Shown here: positions 61,013 to 64,000 of the stretch, piece by piece
How positions within the stretch are numbered: the stretch's first letter is position 1
Layout: each line of letters begins with the position of its first letter
Assembly: GCF_036321535.1 (NCBI RefSeq)
Contig: NC_087437.1
Location: 94,428,001 to 94,492,000 of the forward strand
DNA: 64,000 nucleotides
Direction of reading: 5' to 3'
Source of the DNA: Camelus dromedarius
Lineage: Eukaryota
Translations under genes and position numbers: made by a program
Notes under the pieces: model-generated
Database searches by the model: none
What the model was told of the DNA's origin: nothing
Seen by the model: the letters and a program-made list of their open reading frames with translations, nothing else

Positions 61013-63294
61013 AATTTGAATTCCTTTAAGTCATTAAATCTAAATGCTAAAAACCTGTCTATTTATAGTACTACACTTCTATTATTAAAACACTTCTCTA
61101 ATTTAGTTGATAGTTAAATGTCTAAATCAATACATCTCAAACAGACTTTTGATGAGGGTACCTGTGTTATAAAATTTTGATATCCTTCAAATTTCAATAA
61201 TCTTAAACATTATATTTTATGTTATCTGTTAATCTTTTAAAATACTTTCAGTAATCTGGATGGTTAATACAAACAAGTTTTATAAAATTTTAGTTCTTAT
61301 ATTTGCTGGTTATATTATGGCATGCAGATAGAAGAATGAACACTTACAAATACTATTTTAATTGACAGTATTAAAAAATAGGGCACCTAAAAACATAATG
61401 AATGCATTAATGCCAAGTGAAGCCTGAATGATACCATGGTATGCTGCATTGGAAAGCAAAAATGTGGAGGTAGAAGTTAGTGATATTTTAATGTCATAGA
61501 AAATAAAGATATCTGAAGTTATTGGAAGCTTAGAAAAAATAGTTACATGCTTACATTTTTCCAACAACTTCATCATTAGAAATATCCCCATAATTACTAT
61601 CAAGGAATAATCAGCCATTCCTTCTGTAATATCAGGAATATTGTGATCTAGAGAATAATTCTCTCAGACTATGTTCGTTCCATCATGGGCATGTGGGTAG
61701 TACTCTATCAAGTCATCTAGAATTGTTACATGAAGTGCTTATTATTCAAACTGTCAAATTTGATCCAAACATTATCTTTAAGACATAAGTTTTTTTCTCT
61801 TTTCAATCAAAGAAAGTAAATTGTGATGCCTGAATGTGTATATTCTTATTTCAACTATCATTTTAAGCAATTCTTTTCTTAACTGCAATTGTCTGCCTGT
61901 ACTGTTATTACCATATATCTTTTTCCTGTATTCAGCCACCTGACATTACATACAATTTTTCCTTCATTGCCTGCCATCAGTGATAGATGATTTTTATGGT
62001 TCCCTCAAGTCATAGAGGGTAGATTGACTTACTAATTCCATCAGTGGGGTATAGCTGCCTGGAGCAATGTTTCAGTATATAAGCTTCAGACCAGGTTCCA
62101 AGCAAAAAAGTTCAAATTAATTCTACCAGCATTTGGATTCATTCAAAAGTATGGTTCACTTTATCTTTGAGAATATAGATTAGGTAGAAAAATAAGTAAA
62201 AGGAGGAATGCCTCTCAGTTACATTTTTAAGTTAATTTTAAACTCAGCAATTTTTTCATATAGAAATCTTATATAAGAAATCTTTAATATTTGGAGATGG
62301 TAATTTTCCCTGACCTTTTTGTGTTCAGTCTTATTGTACCATTTCCTATCATTCAATATCAATTGGTTTATTTCTTTAAAATTAACACTTTATAAAAACA
62401 AATTACACTGTTATTGTAGGAATTTATTTTAGTTTTTTTTTGTATTCACACAGGAGATTAGGAAGAATACTTAACCCTCCTTAACATTTATAAAGCATTC
62501 CCTGATACCCCAAAATTCTATGATTTCTTTCCAATTTTGTATGTCTTAATGGGTAAAAATTTTACTGTGATTATTTTGAAAAAAACAAATCAGCTTCTAC
62601 TGGACTTAATATTTGTTTGTATTATTTATGAAAATAAAAATCAAAACCAAAATAGCATCGTTTGCACTCTCCAATATTTAAATATAGGTGATAAAAACTG
62701 ATTTAAAATTATTACAGATGTTAGAAAATAATATTTTGTGTACTTATTATTAAGCAGTCATCATTCTAGGAGTTGTTTCTATCCTCACTTTACAAATAAA
62801 AAAGCTTTAAAAATGTTAACTGATTAATGAATGAATATACAAGTCAATGATTCAGTTGAGATATTCCCCTTCTTCTACAAACCCCCCCAAATCCTACCCT
62901 TATGTATATTATCATTTTATTGATACATCATGTAGTAACCCTAACAGCTTAAAAGGACAACTGCTGGAATGCCTGGATCAGGTACTGAGAATACAACAGT
63001 GGTCACATCACTGGTAAACCTAGTTCCGTCAGTATCTTCTTTGGTTTGAGATACATCCCTTAAGTCGCCTTCCTGCTTTGTAAAATATAGGTCTTTACCT
63101 AAAAGAATCTTTAGGTTCCCAACCATCTTTGCCATGCTCTTGTTTCTTAATTATTAGGAATAAAAGCTCTTATTTCAACACAAAGAAATATATAGAATCT
63201 ATTGCAGGTAGTCATATTTTTTGGTGATCCTGTTTAGGCTTCTGGGAAGTCCTGCTGCTATGAAGTCCAAGTACTGAGTATTCTATTGAAGATA

Positions 63295-63606
63295 CCGTCT
63301 TCACTTGGTACCCTGGTTCCAGGACCCCCGGGGATATAAAAACCCATAGCTGTTCAAGTCCCTTATATAAAATGGCGAAGTGTTTGCATATAACCTGTAC
63401 ATAGGAAGATGTGTATTTTAAATCATCTCTAGATTACTTATAATACCTAATAGCAATGTAAGTTTTATGTGAAATAATTGTCAGCACATGACAAATTCAA
63501 GTTGTGCTATTTGAAACTTTATGGAATTTTTTATTTCCCAAATATTTTCAATCCAAAGTTGACTGAAACCTAGGATGCAGAACCTGCAGATGAGGAGGAC
63601 TGACTG
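63295..63606. mobile_element. MER2/MER2B-like TcMar-Tigger MITE
   Basis: tggttccaggacccc...tcaagtcccttatataaaatgg...aatcatctctagattacttataatacctaata; TA dinucleotide on both sides (63293-63294, 63607-63608). Confidence 0.9.
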
Positions 63607-63874
63607 TACTCTTGGTTTCAAGTATGTAACATTTTGAAAGAAGAGGAGATGGCCATGGTAAAGGAGATGCAGGAAGAAGAGTCAGAGGACTCCTGACTGC
63701 TTAACAAGGGTCAGCTTCTACCCAGGGGCCTGATCTTTCTGCTTCCATTCTCTCTTCCCAACTTCAAGAAACATAAAAAAAAAATGTAAGCTGAGGTCAG
63801 TGGCATAATGAAATCAGCATATAGGGATTCTTCTTGTCATATAGAATGGATCAAAACAAATGTAAAAAATATAT

Positions 63875-63985
63875 ATACACAAAAAATTGACACAGCATTG
63901 TAAACTGACTATATATGTACACGTGCGCGCGCACACACACACACATATATATATATACATACACATACAAAAAAACACAAAAAAA
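63875..63985 (+). mobile_element. Very short young L1 3' end with a microsatellite-converted tail
   Basis: aaattgacacagcattgtaaactgactata followed by (GC)n(AC)n(TA)n and A-runs. Confidence 0.7.
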
Positions 63986-64000
63986 TTAATGTATATTGCT

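Noticed and set aside
1..64000. Prokaryotic-type systems (CRISPR arrays, operons, defence islands) or a CpG-island promoter
   Set aside because: Sequence is mammalian non-coding DNA; no regularly spaced repeat-spacer array, no long ORFs, no CpG-dense segment

Overview
AT-rich, CpG-poor mammalian genomic DNA with no CpG island. I recognise no cellular protein-coding exon, so this is an intergenic region or large intron. Two tRNA-derived vic-1-type SINEs and several matching young L1 3' ends point to a camelid (alpaca, llama or camel). A large part of the window is fossil repeat: L2, MIR, L1M, MLT1 (MaLR) LTRs, hAT-Charlie MITEs (MER5, MER33, MER113), MER2B, a MER41-like ERV1 solo LTR, and an LTR16/ERV-L remnant carrying decayed RNaseH-integrase-dUTPase. 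The only ORFs with recognisable homology are L1 and ERV-L fragments. The most interesting signals are regulatory or structural: a MER41-like LTR whose STAT site has N4 (STAT6-type) spacing, repeat-free blocks with dense NFI/bHLH, TALE/Hox and TCF/AP-1 motif clusters, several isolated exon-shaped segments, and nested or twin-primed L1 insertions with visible target-site duplications. Repeat subfamily names come from recalled consensus sequences, and boundaries of old repeats are approximate. I found no convincing evidence of a wholly new biological system.
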